DNA of 64,000 nucleotides from an uncultured Gemmatimonadaceae bacterium (GTDB lineage Bacteria; Gemmatimonadota; Gemmatimonadetes; Gemmatimonadales; Gemmatimonadaceae), in NCBI GenBank assembly GCA_963843845.1, contig CAWJMB010000002.1:2400001-2464000 (forward strand), written 5' to 3'. The notes below the pieces were generated by a model. It had not been told where the DNA came from, did not search any database, and was given only the letters and a program-made list of their open reading frames with translations. How positions within the stretch are numbered: the stretch's first letter is position 1; every line of letters begins with the position of its first letter. This document shows, piece after piece, positions 30,564-40,413 of this stretch. Made by a program: the position numbers and the translations under genes.

Positions 30564-31307
30564 TCACGAGCCGCTCGCGCTGCGCAGCACCGGCTCGATC
30601 GCTTTCCACACCGTCTCCGTGACGATGCGCGCCCCCGCGTCGTTCGGATGCACGCCGTCGGCCTGATTGAGTCGACCGACGCCGGCCACCTCGTTCAGCA
30701 GAAACGGCGTCAGCGTCGCCCCTGTCGCTCGCGCGACGTCGGCGTACATGGCGTGGAACGCCGACGTGTACGCGCGCCCCAGATTCGGCGGCGCCTCCAT
30801 CTGCACGACGACGATCCGGGCCGCCGGGTACGCCCCCTTGATGCGCCCGACGATCGCCTCGAGGTTGGCCCGCGTGGAGTCCACGCGGAGCGCACGCAGC
30901 CCATCGTTCGCCCCGGTCTCGAGCACGACGACGTCTGCCGGCTCGCGCAGCACCCAATCGATGCGCCGTAGCGCCCCCGCCGATGTCTCGCCGCTCACGC
31001 CGGCGTTCACCACGTGTACGCGCAGCCCGGCGGAGTCGGCACGTCGCTGGATGCGCGCCGGGTAGGCGCTGTCCGGATCGAGGCCGAGGCCCGCGGTGAG
31101 GCTGGTGCCGACGAAGACGACGCGAAGCCGCGATCCGGGGTCCGGGGTCGGGGATCGAGCCGTCGCCGCCGTATCTTCCTGCGTAGCGACAGCCGGGCGC
31201 TCGGCGGTCGGTCCGCACGCGAGCGCGAGTGCAGCGCACAGCGCGAGAGCGCCGATCCCAGATCCCCGCCGCCCAGAGGGCGCCCTCCCGATCCCCGACG
31301 AAGTCAT
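30564..31307 (-). CDS. SGNH/GDSL arylesterase lipoprotein (TesA-like)
   Basis: VGTSLTAG, NAGVSGETS, GANDGLR, DGVHPN; ALALAC lipobox. Confidence 0.88.
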   Translation of the reverse strand: MTSSGIGRAPSGRRGSGIGALALCAALALACGPTAERPAVATQEDTAATARSPTPDPGSRLRVVFVGTSLTAGLGLDPDSAYPARIQRRADSAGLRVHVVNAGVSGETSAGALRRIDWVLREPADVVVLETGANDGLRALRVDSTRANLEAIVGRIKGAYPAARIVVVQMEAPPNLGRAYTSAFHAMYADVARATGATLTPFLLNEVAGVGRLNQADGVHPNDAGARIVTETVWKAIEPVLRSASGS

Positions 31308-32022
31308 GCTCGTTGCCCGTAATCTGACGAAGGAATTCCAGAGCGGCGGCCGCCCGCTCGCCGTACTACGCGACGTCTCGTTCGACGTTCCCCAGGGCGC
31401 GTTCGTCGCAATCGTCGGTCCGTCGGGGAGCGGGAAGACGACGCTCCTCGGCCTGCTGGCCGGGCTCGACGTGCCCTCGCGCGGCACGACGATCCTCGAC
31501 GGCGCGGACCTGGGCGCCATGACGGAAGACCAGCGCGCGCAGCTTCGCGGTCAGAAGGTCGGCTTCGTGTTCCAGAGCTTCCAGCTCATCCCGACGCTCA
31601 CCGCGCAGGAGAACGTACAGGTGCCGCTCGAGCTACGCGGAGACGCAGGCGCGGCGGCCCGGGCGCGCGAGCTCCTCGAGCGCGTCGGACTCGGCGGGCG
31701 CGGACATCACTTCCCTGCCCAACTCTCCGGCGGCGAGCAGCAGCGGGTCGCGATCGCGCGCGCCTTCGTGAACGCGCCGCGCATCCTGTTCGCCGACGAG
31801 CCGACCGGGAACCTCGACGCGTCGACGGGCGCGCGGATCGTCGAGCTGCTCGAGGCCCTGAACCGCGAGTCCGGCACGACCATCGTGCTCGTGACGCACG
31901 ACCTCGGGCTCGCGGCGCGTACCGGCCGCATCATCCGGCTCGCCGACGGCGTCGTCGTGGAGGACACCCGCGCCCCGGTGCCGGACGAGCCGCTCGGAGC
32001 GACGTCGGGAGCGCCGACGTGA
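31306..32022 (+). CDS. ABC transporter ATP-binding protein (YbbA-like)
   Basis: GPSGSGKT, LSGGEQQRV, FADEPTGNLD, VTHD. Confidence 0.93.
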   Translation: MLVARNLTKEFQSGGRPLAVLRDVSFDVPQGAFVAIVGPSGSGKTTLLGLLAGLDVPSRGTTILDGADLGAMTEDQRAQLRGQKVGFVFQSFQLIPTLTAQENVQVPLELRGDAGAAARARELLERVGLGGRGHHFPAQLSGGEQQRVAIARAFVNAPRILFADEPTGNLDASTGARIVELLEALNRESGTTIVLVTHDLGLAARTGRIIRLADGVVVEDTRAPVPDEPLGATSGAPT

Positions 32023-34586
32023 GCGGCATCCCACGCGCCTCGACGCGCACGCTGCTCCGTCTCGCCTGGCGTGAGAGTCGCACCGCGCGCCGCCGGCTCC
32101 TCCTGTACATGTCGTCGATCGCGTTAGGCGTCGCCGCGCTCGTCGCGATCGACTCGTTCGCGAGCAACGTCGCGACGTCGGCGCGGTCGCAGTCGCGAAC
32201 GCTGCTCGGCGGCGATGTCGCCGTGCAGCGCAACGGCGCGTTCACGAAACCGGTGAGCGCGTGGCTCGACTCGATCGCGGCCGCCGGACGCCCGGTCGCG
32301 CGGCTCACGAGCTTCGCCTCGATGGCGCTCGTGCCGCGCACCGGCAACACGCGCCTCGTGCAGGTGCGCGCCGTCTCGGACCGGTTCCCGCTCGCCGGCG
32401 AGATCACCACACGCCCCGTGGGCCGGTGGGGCGCGCTACAGCAGGGCGCGAACGTGCTCGTCGATCGCTCGCTGCTCGTCGCACTCGACGCCGCGGTCGG
32501 CGACACCCTGGTTCTCGGGTACGGGCGCTTCGCGATCGTCGGTGAGCTCGACAACGTGCCCGGCGACGCCGGCATCGCGGCCGTGTTCGGTCCACGCGTC
32601 TACATCCCGGCGCGCTACCTCGCGGAAACCCAGCTGCTGGGGTTCGGGGCGCGGGCGGAGTATCAGGCGCTGCTCGCCGTATCGAAGGCGGACGTCCGCA
32701 CGGTCGTCAGTACCGTCCGACGGCGGTTCGACGGCCAGGGCGTTCGTGCGCGCACGGTCGCCGACACCGAGCGCGGGCTGACGCGCGCGATCGATCGGCT
32801 CACCGACTTCCTGTCGATCGTCGGGCTCATCGCGCTGCTGCTGGGCGGCGTCGGCGTGGCGAGCGGCGTGAACGCCTTCGTCGCCCGAAAGATCGACACG
32901 GTCGCCGTGCTTCGGTGCCTCGGCGCGACCAGCCGGCAGGTGCTCGCGATCTACGTCACGCAGGCGACGGCGATGGGGCTGCTCGGCGCCGCGGGGGGCG
33001 CGTTGCTCGGCGTCGGGCTGCAACTCCTGCTGCCGCGGGCGCTCGGCGAGTTCCTTCCGGTCGACGTCGACGTGCGCGTCGACGGCGTCGCGGTCGCGAC
33101 CGGCATCGGCGTCGGCGTGTGGGTCGCGCTCGTGTTCGCGCTCCGACCCCTGCTCGCGCTGCGCCGGGTGTCTCCGCTGCAGGCGATCCGCCGGGACGTC
33201 GATCCGACGGCGCTGCACACGAAGGGGATCGACGTGCCGCGCCGCCTCGTCGAGCTGGCGATCGTCACGAGCGTCGTCGCGCTCACCGTGACGCGCACAG
33301 GCCGTTTGCGGGAGGGGCTGTGGCTGAGTGCCGGGATCGCCGGCGCGCTCCTCGCGTTAGGCGCCGCCGCGTTCGTCGTCACGTGGGGCGCGCGGCGGCT
33401 GCTCCGCGCCGGATGGCCATACGTGGTACGTCAGGGAATCGCGAACCTGTACCGACCCGGCAACCAGACGCGCGCCGTGACGCTCGCCTTAGGCTTCGGC
33501 GCATTCCTCGTCTCGACGATCTACCTCGTGCAGACGAATCTGCTGCGCGACTTCTCGGCGATGGCGGGCGCGTCGCGCGCGAACGTCATCCTGTTCGACA
33601 TCCAGGACGATCAGATGGCGTCGGTCGCGTCGCTCGTCCGCGCGAACGGAGAGCTCCTGCAGGAGACGCCGATCGTGACCATGCGCATCGCGGAGATCGG
33701 CGGCCGGAGCGTCGCGGCGCTGGCGTCGGACACGGGCGCGCGTCGGCGCGCGAACTGGGCGTTGCGTCGCGAGTTCCGCTCGACCTACCGCGACTCGACC
33801 GTCGAGACCGAGAAGCTCGTCGAAGGGAAGTGGTTCGGCGCGCCGACGACGAACGCCCGCGGCCAGGCCGTCTACGACGTGTCGCTCGACCGGAACCTGG
33901 CGAACGATCTGCGCGTGCGCCTCGGCGACGAGATCGTGTGGGACGTGCAGGGCGTCCGGATCGCCACGCGCGTGACGAGTCTGCGCGAGATCCAGTGGGA
34001 ACGGTTCGAGCTGAACTTCTTCGCCGTCTTCCCCACGGCCGCGATCCGCGCGGCGCCGAAGCAGTTCGCGGCGCTCGCCCACGTCGAGAGCGCGGCGCGC
34101 GTCGGCGCCCTGCAGCGCGACATCGTCGTCCGGCACCCGAACGTGTCGAGCGTCGACCTGTCGCTCATCCAGTCGACGATCGGTCGGATCGTCGAACGCG
34201 TCAGCGTCGCGGTGCGCTTCCTCGCGCTGTTCTCACTCGCGACGGGGCTCCCCGTGCTGTTCAGCGCCGTGGCGGCGACCCGGCGCGAGCGGCTGCGCGA
34301 AGGGGTCCTGCTCAAGACGTTAGGCGCGACGCGCGCCCAGATCCTCCGCATCCTGCTGTCCGAGTACGCGGTGCTCGGCGCGTTGGGTGCGCTCGCCGGG
34401 ATGCTGCTCGCCTTCGGCGGCGCGTGGGGGCTCGTGCACTTCGTGTTCGAGGGCACGTTCCGGCCGGCGGTCGCGCCGGCGCTCGGCATCGCGGCGCTCA
34501 TGATGGCGATCACGGTGACGATCGGCCTGCTCACCGGCCGCGAAGTGTTCCGCGCGACGCCCATGGAGGCGATCCGCGAAGGCTAG
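32019..34586 (+). CDS. ABC transporter permease, duplicated FtsX/MacB type (YbbP-like)
   Basis: LAWRESR, LLGGD, LRCLGA, LKTLGA; 855 aa; GTGA overlap with ATPase. Confidence 0.9.
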   Translation: MSGIPRASTRTLLRLAWRESRTARRRLLLYMSSIALGVAALVAIDSFASNVATSARSQSRTLLGGDVAVQRNGAFTKPVSAWLDSIAAAGRPVARLTSFASMALVPRTGNTRLVQVRAVSDRFPLAGEITTRPVGRWGALQQGANVLVDRSLLVALDAAVGDTLVLGYGRFAIVGELDNVPGDAGIAAVFGPRVYIPARYLAETQLLGFGARAEYQALLAVSKADVRTVVSTVRRRFDGQGVRARTVADTERGLTRAIDRLTDFLSIVGLIALLLGGVGVASGVNAFVARKIDTVAVLRCLGATSRQVLAIYVTQATAMGLLGAAGGALLGVGLQLLLPRALGEFLPVDVDVRVDGVAVATGIGVGVWVALVFALRPLLALRRVSPLQAIRRDVDPTALHTKGIDVPRRLVELAIVTSVVALTVTRTGRLREGLWLSAGIAGALLALGAAAFVVTWGARRLLRAGWPYVVRQGIANLYRPGNQTRAVTLALGFGAFLVSTIYLVQTNLLRDFSAMAGASRANVILFDIQDDQMASVASLVRANGELLQETPIVTMRIAEIGGRSVAALASDTGARRRANWALRREFRSTYRDSTVETEKLVEGKWFGAPTTNARGQAVYDVSLDRNLANDLRVRLGDEIVWDVQGVRIATRVTSLREIQWERFELNFFAVFPTAAIRAAPKQFAALAHVESAARVGALQRDIVVRHPNVSSVDLSLIQSTIGRIVERVSVAVRFLALFSLATGLPVLFSAVAATRRERLREGVLLKTLGATRAQILRILLSEYAVLGALGALAGMLLAFGGAWGLVHFVFEGTFRPAVAPALGIAALMMAITVTIGLLTGREVFRATPMEAIREG

Positions 34587-34589
34587 AAC

Positions 34590-34629
34590 GCGAACGCCGC
34601 CGCCCGAGAGCTCGGGCGGCGGCGTTCGC
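34590..34629. terminator. Long perfect inverted repeat between convergent genes
   Basis: GCGAACGCCGCCGCCCGAG-AG-CTCGGGCGGCGGCGTTCGC. Confidence 0.75.
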
Positions 34630-34649
34630 CACGCGGTCGGGCCGGGCGC

Positions 34650-35477
34650 CTACCGGTTCGACGTCACGTCGAGCAGCGGGCGCGTGGTGGCCGTCGTCGA
34701 CGTCACGGTCGCGTCGCCGCGGGCCGCGATCGTGTAGACACGCCCGAGCCCGAAGGTGAGCGTCGTGCGCGTGATGAAGTTCGTCGAGCTCCCCGGGGTG
34801 CGGACGACGAGGTCGACGACGCCGCCGGGGTTGAACACGCTCTGGCTCGTGAAGGTCACGAACGCCGTGGCATTCTTGTAGGCGACCGCCGACCCGACCG
34901 GCGACTCGACACCAGACGCCTGGTTGCGCAGGAAGAGCTGGAGCGGTTGCGAGTTCGAGATCGCATTCACGAAGCGGATCGTCGTGACCGTGTAGTCCTC
35001 GGTCGTCGGAATCGGGTCCTCGATCATGAACGCGTCGACCTTCTTCGTGGCGGCGTCGTAGACGCCGCTCACGAAGTAGGAGTACGACTTCCCGTTCTCG
35101 AGGCTCGCCTGCACCGACGCGACGGGGAGGCCGTTGTCGGCGGCCGCGGCGATGCGGCCGGTCAGCGTGTACTGCCCCGCGTCGAGGCCGGCGTACAGCC
35201 CGCCCGCTGCCGCGGCGCCGAACGCGACGCCGGTGGTCGACTCGATCCCGGTCGTGCGGCAGACGGACGTCGTGTTACCGACGCACGACGTGGAGCTGAT
35301 CGCCGTCAGCTTCGTGTTGTTCGCGTAGAAGTTCACGCCCGGCGCGTTGACGCCGAAGTTGAAGAACTTGACGCGCGCGGTCGGCAGCGTGCCCAGGATG
35401 TCCTGCGGGCCGCCCTTGTCGCAGGCGGCGACCAGGGCGAGTCCGAGGACGAGCGCGGTGAGCTTGTGTCTCGTCAT
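34650..35477 (-). CDS. DUF4397-like lipoprotein
   Basis: LVAAC lipobox; repeated units VKFFNFGVNAP and IRFVNAISNS; follows susD. Confidence 0.75.
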   Translation of the reverse strand: MTRHKLTALVLGLALVAACDKGGPQDILGTLPTARVKFFNFGVNAPGVNFYANNTKLTAISSTSCVGNTTSVCRTTGIESTTGVAFGAAAAGGLYAGLDAGQYTLTGRIAAAADNGLPVASVQASLENGKSYSYFVSGVYDAATKKVDAFMIEDPIPTTEDYTVTTIRFVNAISNSQPLQLFLRNQASGVESPVGSAVAYKNATAFVTFTSQSVFNPGGVVDLVVRTPGSSTNFITRTTLTFGLGRVYTIAARGDATVTSTTATTRPLLDVTSNR

Positions 35478-35485
35478 GGGTCGGG

Positions 35486-37057
35486 TCAGCGTGTGAAGAT
35501 CCACGGCACCTTCGTGTGGTAGTCCGCGGCGAGCCCGCCGATCGCGTCGAGCCCCGCGCGGTTCCACACGTACTCCGAGTTGTACCGCGGGCGGATGCGC
35601 CAGACGAGCTTGCCGTTGTTGTCGGCGTAGAGGTTCGTCGGCGGCGCGAAGCCCGGGTAGACCTGCAGCCCGCTCGCCGGATCGACGTCCGTGTAGCTGT
35701 AGCGGCGCATGTCCATCCACAGCTCGTTGTGCCCCCAGGCCCACTGAGCGATGTACTTCTGGCTCATGATCTGGGTGAGCGTCAGCGCCGCCGGGTTCGT
35801 CGGCACGACGCGCGGGTCGGCGAGGAACGCGGCTTTCTCGGCGGCGGTGATCTGCGTCGGCGTCTGCGCGGCGTCGAGGTTGCGCGCGTTCACGAAGTCG
35901 ATGTGCGCCGACACGCCGTTGCGGTACGCCGCCAGCGCCGTGGCCCTGTCGCCGGCGCGGTACGCGGCCTCCGCCTTCACGAACTGCAGCTGCGCGTAGG
36001 TCATGGCCGGCAGCTTCGACTTGTCGTCGAAGATGTAGCGCGCCGGCAGCGACGGGCCGCCGCCGGTGCCGGGGTAACCGAAGAAGTTGTTCGGCTGCTG
36101 CGTGGCGGTGAGCGAGCCGAAGCCGACGACGTTGACGTCGAGGCCGCGGTACGCGCCGTCCGGCGACGGCGCCAGCATGCGGCTCATGCGCGGGTCGACG
36201 CTGCCGAAGACCGTGCCGTCCATGAGGCCGACGACGAAGCGCGTCTGCCGGTAGCTGCGGATGTTGTTGCGCGTCCAGCCGTAGAAGTTCGCGTCGTCGT
36301 TGCTGGAGGCGATGTAGGCCAGCAGCGCGTCGTCGGCGTTGCTCGCGAGGGAGCGGTCGACGTCGGCGATCACGTCGGCGGGGCGGTACGTCGCCTTCGC
36401 CGTGAAGTGGTTGCGGGCGATCGCCCGGAGCCCGTACGCGAACTTCAGCCACTTCGTACGGTCGCCGTTGTAGATCTTGTCCCCCTTGGCGAGGTACGCC
36501 GCGTCGACCGCGCCGTCGGTACGCTGCAGGTTCTTGATCGCCTCGTCGAGCAGGCGGAAGACCTCGGTGTAGGCGTACTCCTGCGAGTCGTAGTTGAACG
36601 AGAACTTCGTCGGGTCGATCGCCTCCTTGACGATGATCTCGCCGTGCATGTCGGTGAGGACCAGCCACCCCCACGCCTTCATGACCTGGCCGACGCCGAG
36701 CAGGTCCCAGCGCTGCTCGGCCTCCGCCTTCGTGGTCATGTCGACGAGGTTCTGTCCGAGCGACCAGTAGACGTCGCGCCACTGCTGCGCGCCGTTGTCG
36801 CTGCCGGGGTCGTAGCCCATGCGGTCCCACGTGGAGAGCACCGTGCTCGGGAGCGTCCACTGCTGGGTGTAGCGGCCGATGAAGCGGCCCTCGTAGAGCG
36901 GGGACGTCACCATCCAGTGCAGCATCGGCGAGAGGTACAGATTCGCCGACACCAGCTGGGGGCCGTTCGGGTTCGTGTTGACGTCCAGGAAGTCCTGGCA
37001 GCCGGCGCTGGCGAGCGTGCAGGCGCTGAGCGCGAGCGCGAGGGCGCGCTTCTTCAT
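35486..37057 (-). CDS. SusD/RagB-family lipoprotein (SusD-like_2 type)
   Basis: SAGC lipobox, DFLDVNTNPN, YDSQE, KAEAAY, IMSQKYIA, WMDMRRY. Confidence 0.9.
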   Translation of the reverse strand: MKKRALALALSACTLASAGCQDFLDVNTNPNGPQLVSANLYLSPMLHWMVTSPLYEGRFIGRYTQQWTLPSTVLSTWDRMGYDPGSDNGAQQWRDVYWSLGQNLVDMTTKAEAEQRWDLLGVGQVMKAWGWLVLTDMHGEIIVKEAIDPTKFSFNYDSQEYAYTEVFRLLDEAIKNLQRTDGAVDAAYLAKGDKIYNGDRTKWLKFAYGLRAIARNHFTAKATYRPADVIADVDRSLASNADDALLAYIASSNDDANFYGWTRNNIRSYRQTRFVVGLMDGTVFGSVDPRMSRMLAPSPDGAYRGLDVNVVGFGSLTATQQPNNFFGYPGTGGGPSLPARYIFDDKSKLPAMTYAQLQFVKAEAAYRAGDRATALAAYRNGVSAHIDFVNARNLDAAQTPTQITAAEKAAFLADPRVVPTNPAALTLTQIMSQKYIAQWAWGHNELWMDMRRYSYTDVDPASGLQVYPGFAPPTNLYADNNGKLVWRIRPRYNSEYVWNRAGLDAIGGLAADYHTKVPWIFTR

Positions 37058-37088
37058 CGCGGATGAGCTGAGTTGTGTACGCATGACG

Positions 37089-40000
37089 TCAGAACCCGAC
37101 GCGGAGGCCGAAGTTGACGCCGCGCGGGATGGGGAAGTTGCCGAAGTCGATGCCCTGCGCGCCGGAGCCGCCGACCGCCGCGGTGTTGCCGTTCACGACC
37201 GGGTCGAGCCCCGAGTAGTTCGTGAAGAGGAGCAGGTCGGTGCCGGAGACGAACAGGCTTCCGTTGCGGATGACGCGCTGCGGCAGCTGGACGCGGAGCG
37301 AGAGGTCGCGCAGCCGGACCCAGTTGATGTCGCGCTCGATGAACAGCTCCTCGCTGATCCCCGTGTAGAACAGCGGCGACTGCGCGGGCGTCACGACGAT
37401 CGCGTTGCGCGTGGGGGTGTCGCTGTTCTCGCGGCCGTCGCGCAGCACGCCGTCGATGACGCGCGGCCGCTCGCGGTCGAGCGTCAGCGTCGACAGGCCG
37501 CGGGTCGTCAGGTCGTGCTGCGTCGCGTTGAACACGTCGCCGCCGCGCCGCATGTCGAGCAGGAAGCTCAGCGTCGCCTGCCGGTAGCGCAGCGTGTTGG
37601 TCAGGCCGACCTGGAAGTTGGGGTTGCGGTCGTACCCCTTCACGACCGTCTCGCCGCGCGTGTTCACGCACTTCGCGTCGACGAACACCGACGACCGCAG
37701 CGGGAGTCCGGTGGTCGGGTCGATCAGCAGCTGACAGTCCTTGTTGCGCTGGTAGTAGAAGCCCGTCAGCGACCGCGTCGACAGACCGGGCGCCGTGCCG
37801 TTGCGCACGTTGCCGAACAGCCAGGTGTCGGAGACGTAGGTCTCGGGGAGCGCGTTCGGCAGCGCGAGCGTCCGTGCGCGCGAGCGGTCGAAGTTCGCCT
37901 GCACGTCCCAGCTGAATCGCCGCGCGCGCACCGGCGTCGCCGTGACCTGCAGCTCGAGGCCGTGGCCGGTCGTCGACGCGCCGTTCAGGTTGAACAGGAT
38001 GAACCCCGTGGCGTAGCTGCCGCGGATGTCGTTCACGATCTGGTCGGTCCGCTTCCAGTCGTAGTACGCGGCGTCGATGGTGAGCCGGTCATCGAGGAAC
38101 GAGACGTTGAGGCCTCCCTCCGCGGAGCGCCGCGACTCGGGCGCGAGGCTCGGGTTCGGGCCCGTGAAGCCGTAGCCGTAGCCGCCGGCGACGGTGAGCT
38201 TCGACTCGAGCGCCGGGCGGTCCGCGTACGGGCGCGCGTCCTGCCCGACCTGCGCGTACGAGCCGCGGATCTTGCCGCTCATGTAGCGGCGCAGCGACGG
38301 AAACGCGTCGGTGAAGACGAAGCTGCCGCTGACGCTCGGGTAGAAGAACGAGTTGCGGACCTCGGGGATCGTCGACGTCCAGTCGTTGCGGCCCGTGACG
38401 GTGAGGAACGCGTAGTCGCGGAACGAGAGCTGCGCCTGCCCGAACGCGCCGACGAGCCGGCGCTGCGACAGCGTCGTGCGCCCCTGCCGCTTCGACGGCA
38501 GCGTGTTGTTGATCGAGACGAAGTTCGGGTCCAGGAAGTCGAGGCCGGCGAGCGCGTCGACCGACGACTTGTCGTCGCGAACCTGCGTCCCCACGAACCC
38601 GTCGAACGCGAAGCCGCCGCCGAGGGCGACCCGGTTCAGGTTCGCCAGGGCCTGGCCGTTGACGTTGCGCACGACGTCCGTCGCCTCGTCCATGACCCCG
38701 TTGTTGCTCAGCCCCAGCGTGCTCTCCGGATTGCGCACCACGAGCGTCTGGTTCGCGTAGTTGTCGACGCTGACGTTCGTCTTGACGTTCCCCCACCGCA
38801 CCGGCGTGACCACGAAGCCGAGGTTCGCGAAGAACCGGTTGTTCGTGGTCTCACTCCGGTTCTTGTTGAGCGCGAAGTACGGGTTGTCCTGCTCGCTCGC
38901 CGAGGCGAGGTTCGTGATCCGACGGCGCTGCCCCGAGGGCGTCTGCCAGTTCCGCGCGTCGTCGGTCCCGGGCCAGTAGAGCAGGCCGAGGAGCGGCCCG
39001 CCCGAGCCCTTGAACGGCTGCGTGTTGTCGGTGTTCGCGTAGATCATCGACAGATCGCCGCGGAGCCAGTTCGTGACCTGCCCGGACGACGTGCCGTTCA
39101 CGTTCACGCGGCCGTACTTCGAGGTCGGGATGACCCCCTCCTGCCGCAGGTACGACGTGCTGATGCGGTAGTTCGCGCGGTTGTCCACCGCGGCGCCGCT
39201 GAAGGCGATGTTGTGCGTCTGCTGCAGGCCGGTCTGGAAGAAGCCGTCGACGTTGTCGTAGAACGTCGTGCCCGGCGCGTACTGCGGGCCGAAGTAGAAG
39301 AAGGAGCCGAGCAGGTCGCCGGCCACCGTCGTCGGGCCATACACACGCTGCACTTCCGGCGCCTCCCGCACGGTCTCGGCGCGGAAGTTGTTGCTGTACT
39401 CGAACCCGGCCGTGCCCGGCCGCCCGCGCTTCGTCGTGATGACGATCGCGCCGTTGGCGGCGTCGATGCCGTAGAGTGCCGACGCCTCGGGCCCCTTGAG
39501 CACCGTCACGTTCTCGATGTCCTCGGGGTTCAGGTCGGACGCACGGTTCGTGAAGTCGAGGCCACGGTTGTTGAACGCCGTCGTCGACCCGGGAGCGTCG
39601 GACGCGAGCACGTTGGTGTTCTGCGTCTTGTTGTCGAGCGGCACGCCGTCGATGATGAACAGCGGCTGATTGCTGCCGCTGATCGACGAGACGCCGCGGA
39701 TCGTGATCGAGGCCGATGCGCCGGGTACGCCCGACGAGCTGTTGACCTCGACGCCGGCAATGCGCCCCTGCAGCGCGTTCACGAAATTCGGTCGCTGCGT
39801 CTCGGCGATCGCGCTGCCCTGCACCGTCTGCACGGCGGAGCCGAGCGTGCGGGCCTCCGTCTGCTGGCCGAACGCCGTGACGACGATCTGGCTGAGCTGC
39901 GCTGCCTGCCGGTCGAGCGAGAAGTTGGCCTGCACCGAGCCGCCGTCCGTCACGGTGACGGTCGCCGTCTTCGCCGTGTAGCCGATCCGGCGAGCGTTGA

Positions 40001-40241
40001 TCTGCCGCGAGCCGGCCGGGACGTTCTGGATCGAGTAGTCGCCGGCCGCGTTCGTGAGCGCGCCGAGCTGGCTCCCCACGACGGTGACCTGCGCATCCGC
40101 GACGGGGCGCGTCCCGGTGGAGTCGGTCACACGCCCACGGACCGTGCCGCGCTGTTGCGCGCTCGCGGCTGCGGCGGTGAGCAGGGACAGCAGCAGCGAG
40201 CCGACGAGCGGCCTAACGGCTCTCGCGAGCTTCGGGGTCAT
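37089..40241 (-). CDS. SusC/RagA-family TonB-dependent receptor (intact)
   Basis: PLFIIDGVP, VLKGPEASALYG..AANGAIVITTK, RNDWTST, terminal Phe. Confidence 0.93.
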   Translation of the reverse strand: MTPKLARAVRPLVGSLLLSLLTAAAASAQQRGTVRGRVTDSTGTRPVADAQVTVVGSQLGALTNAAGDYSIQNVPAGSRQINARRIGYTAKTATVTVTDGGSVQANFSLDRQAAQLSQIVVTAFGQQTEARTLGSAVQTVQGSAIAETQRPNFVNALQGRIAGVEVNSSSGVPGASASITIRGVSSISGSNQPLFIIDGVPLDNKTQNTNVLASDAPGSTTAFNNRGLDFTNRASDLNPEDIENVTVLKGPEASALYGIDAANGAIVITTKRGRPGTAGFEYSNNFRAETVREAPEVQRVYGPTTVAGDLLGSFFYFGPQYAPGTTFYDNVDGFFQTGLQQTHNIAFSGAAVDNRANYRISTSYLRQEGVIPTSKYGRVNVNGTSSGQVTNWLRGDLSMIYANTDNTQPFKGSGGPLLGLLYWPGTDDARNWQTPSGQRRRITNLASASEQDNPYFALNKNRSETTNNRFFANLGFVVTPVRWGNVKTNVSVDNYANQTLVVRNPESTLGLSNNGVMDEATDVVRNVNGQALANLNRVALGGGFAFDGFVGTQVRDDKSSVDALAGLDFLDPNFVSINNTLPSKRQGRTTLSQRRLVGAFGQAQLSFRDYAFLTVTGRNDWTSTIPEVRNSFFYPSVSGSFVFTDAFPSLRRYMSGKIRGSYAQVGQDARPYADRPALESKLTVAGGYGYGFTGPNPSLAPESRRSAEGGLNVSFLDDRLTIDAAYYDWKRTDQIVNDIRGSYATGFILFNLNGASTTGHGLELQVTATPVRARRFSWDVQANFDRSRARTLALPNALPETYVSDTWLFGNVRNGTAPGLSTRSLTGFYYQRNKDCQLLIDPTTGLPLRSSVFVDAKCVNTRGETVVKGYDRNPNFQVGLTNTLRYRQATLSFLLDMRRGGDVFNATQHDLTTRGLSTLTLDRERPRVIDGVLRDGRENSDTPTRNAIVVTPAQSPLFYTGISEELFIERDINWVRLRDLSLRVQLPQRVIRNGSLFVSGTDLLLFTNYSGLDPVVNGNTAAVGGSGAQGIDFGNFPIPRGVNFGLRVGF

Positions 40242-40305
40242 TCATCACTCCGGGTGGGGTTGGAAATGCAGGCAGGACGCGCATGGTGCGGCGCGCGGCG
40301 AAGCT

Positions 40306-40334
40306 AGTCTACGGTTCACACGACCGGCGTGCAA
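40306..40334 (-). promoter_or_regulatory. Sigma70-type promoter of second susC operon
   Basis: TTGCAC-N17-TAGACT. Confidence 0.7.
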
Positions 40335-40413
40335 ACCGTCGCGCCGGCACTACGGCGCGACCGTGCCGTGTCTGGGGGACCCCTGATCGACGCGTTCTGT
40401 CACCGGAACGTGC

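Noticed and set aside
36975..40307. Long antisense and alternate-frame ORFs (also 4057..6747, 7960..10137, 47967..49895, 60872..63040 and others)
   Set aside because: Arg/Ala-rich shadow ORFs expected from stop-codon scarcity in high-GC DNA; they overlap clear genes.
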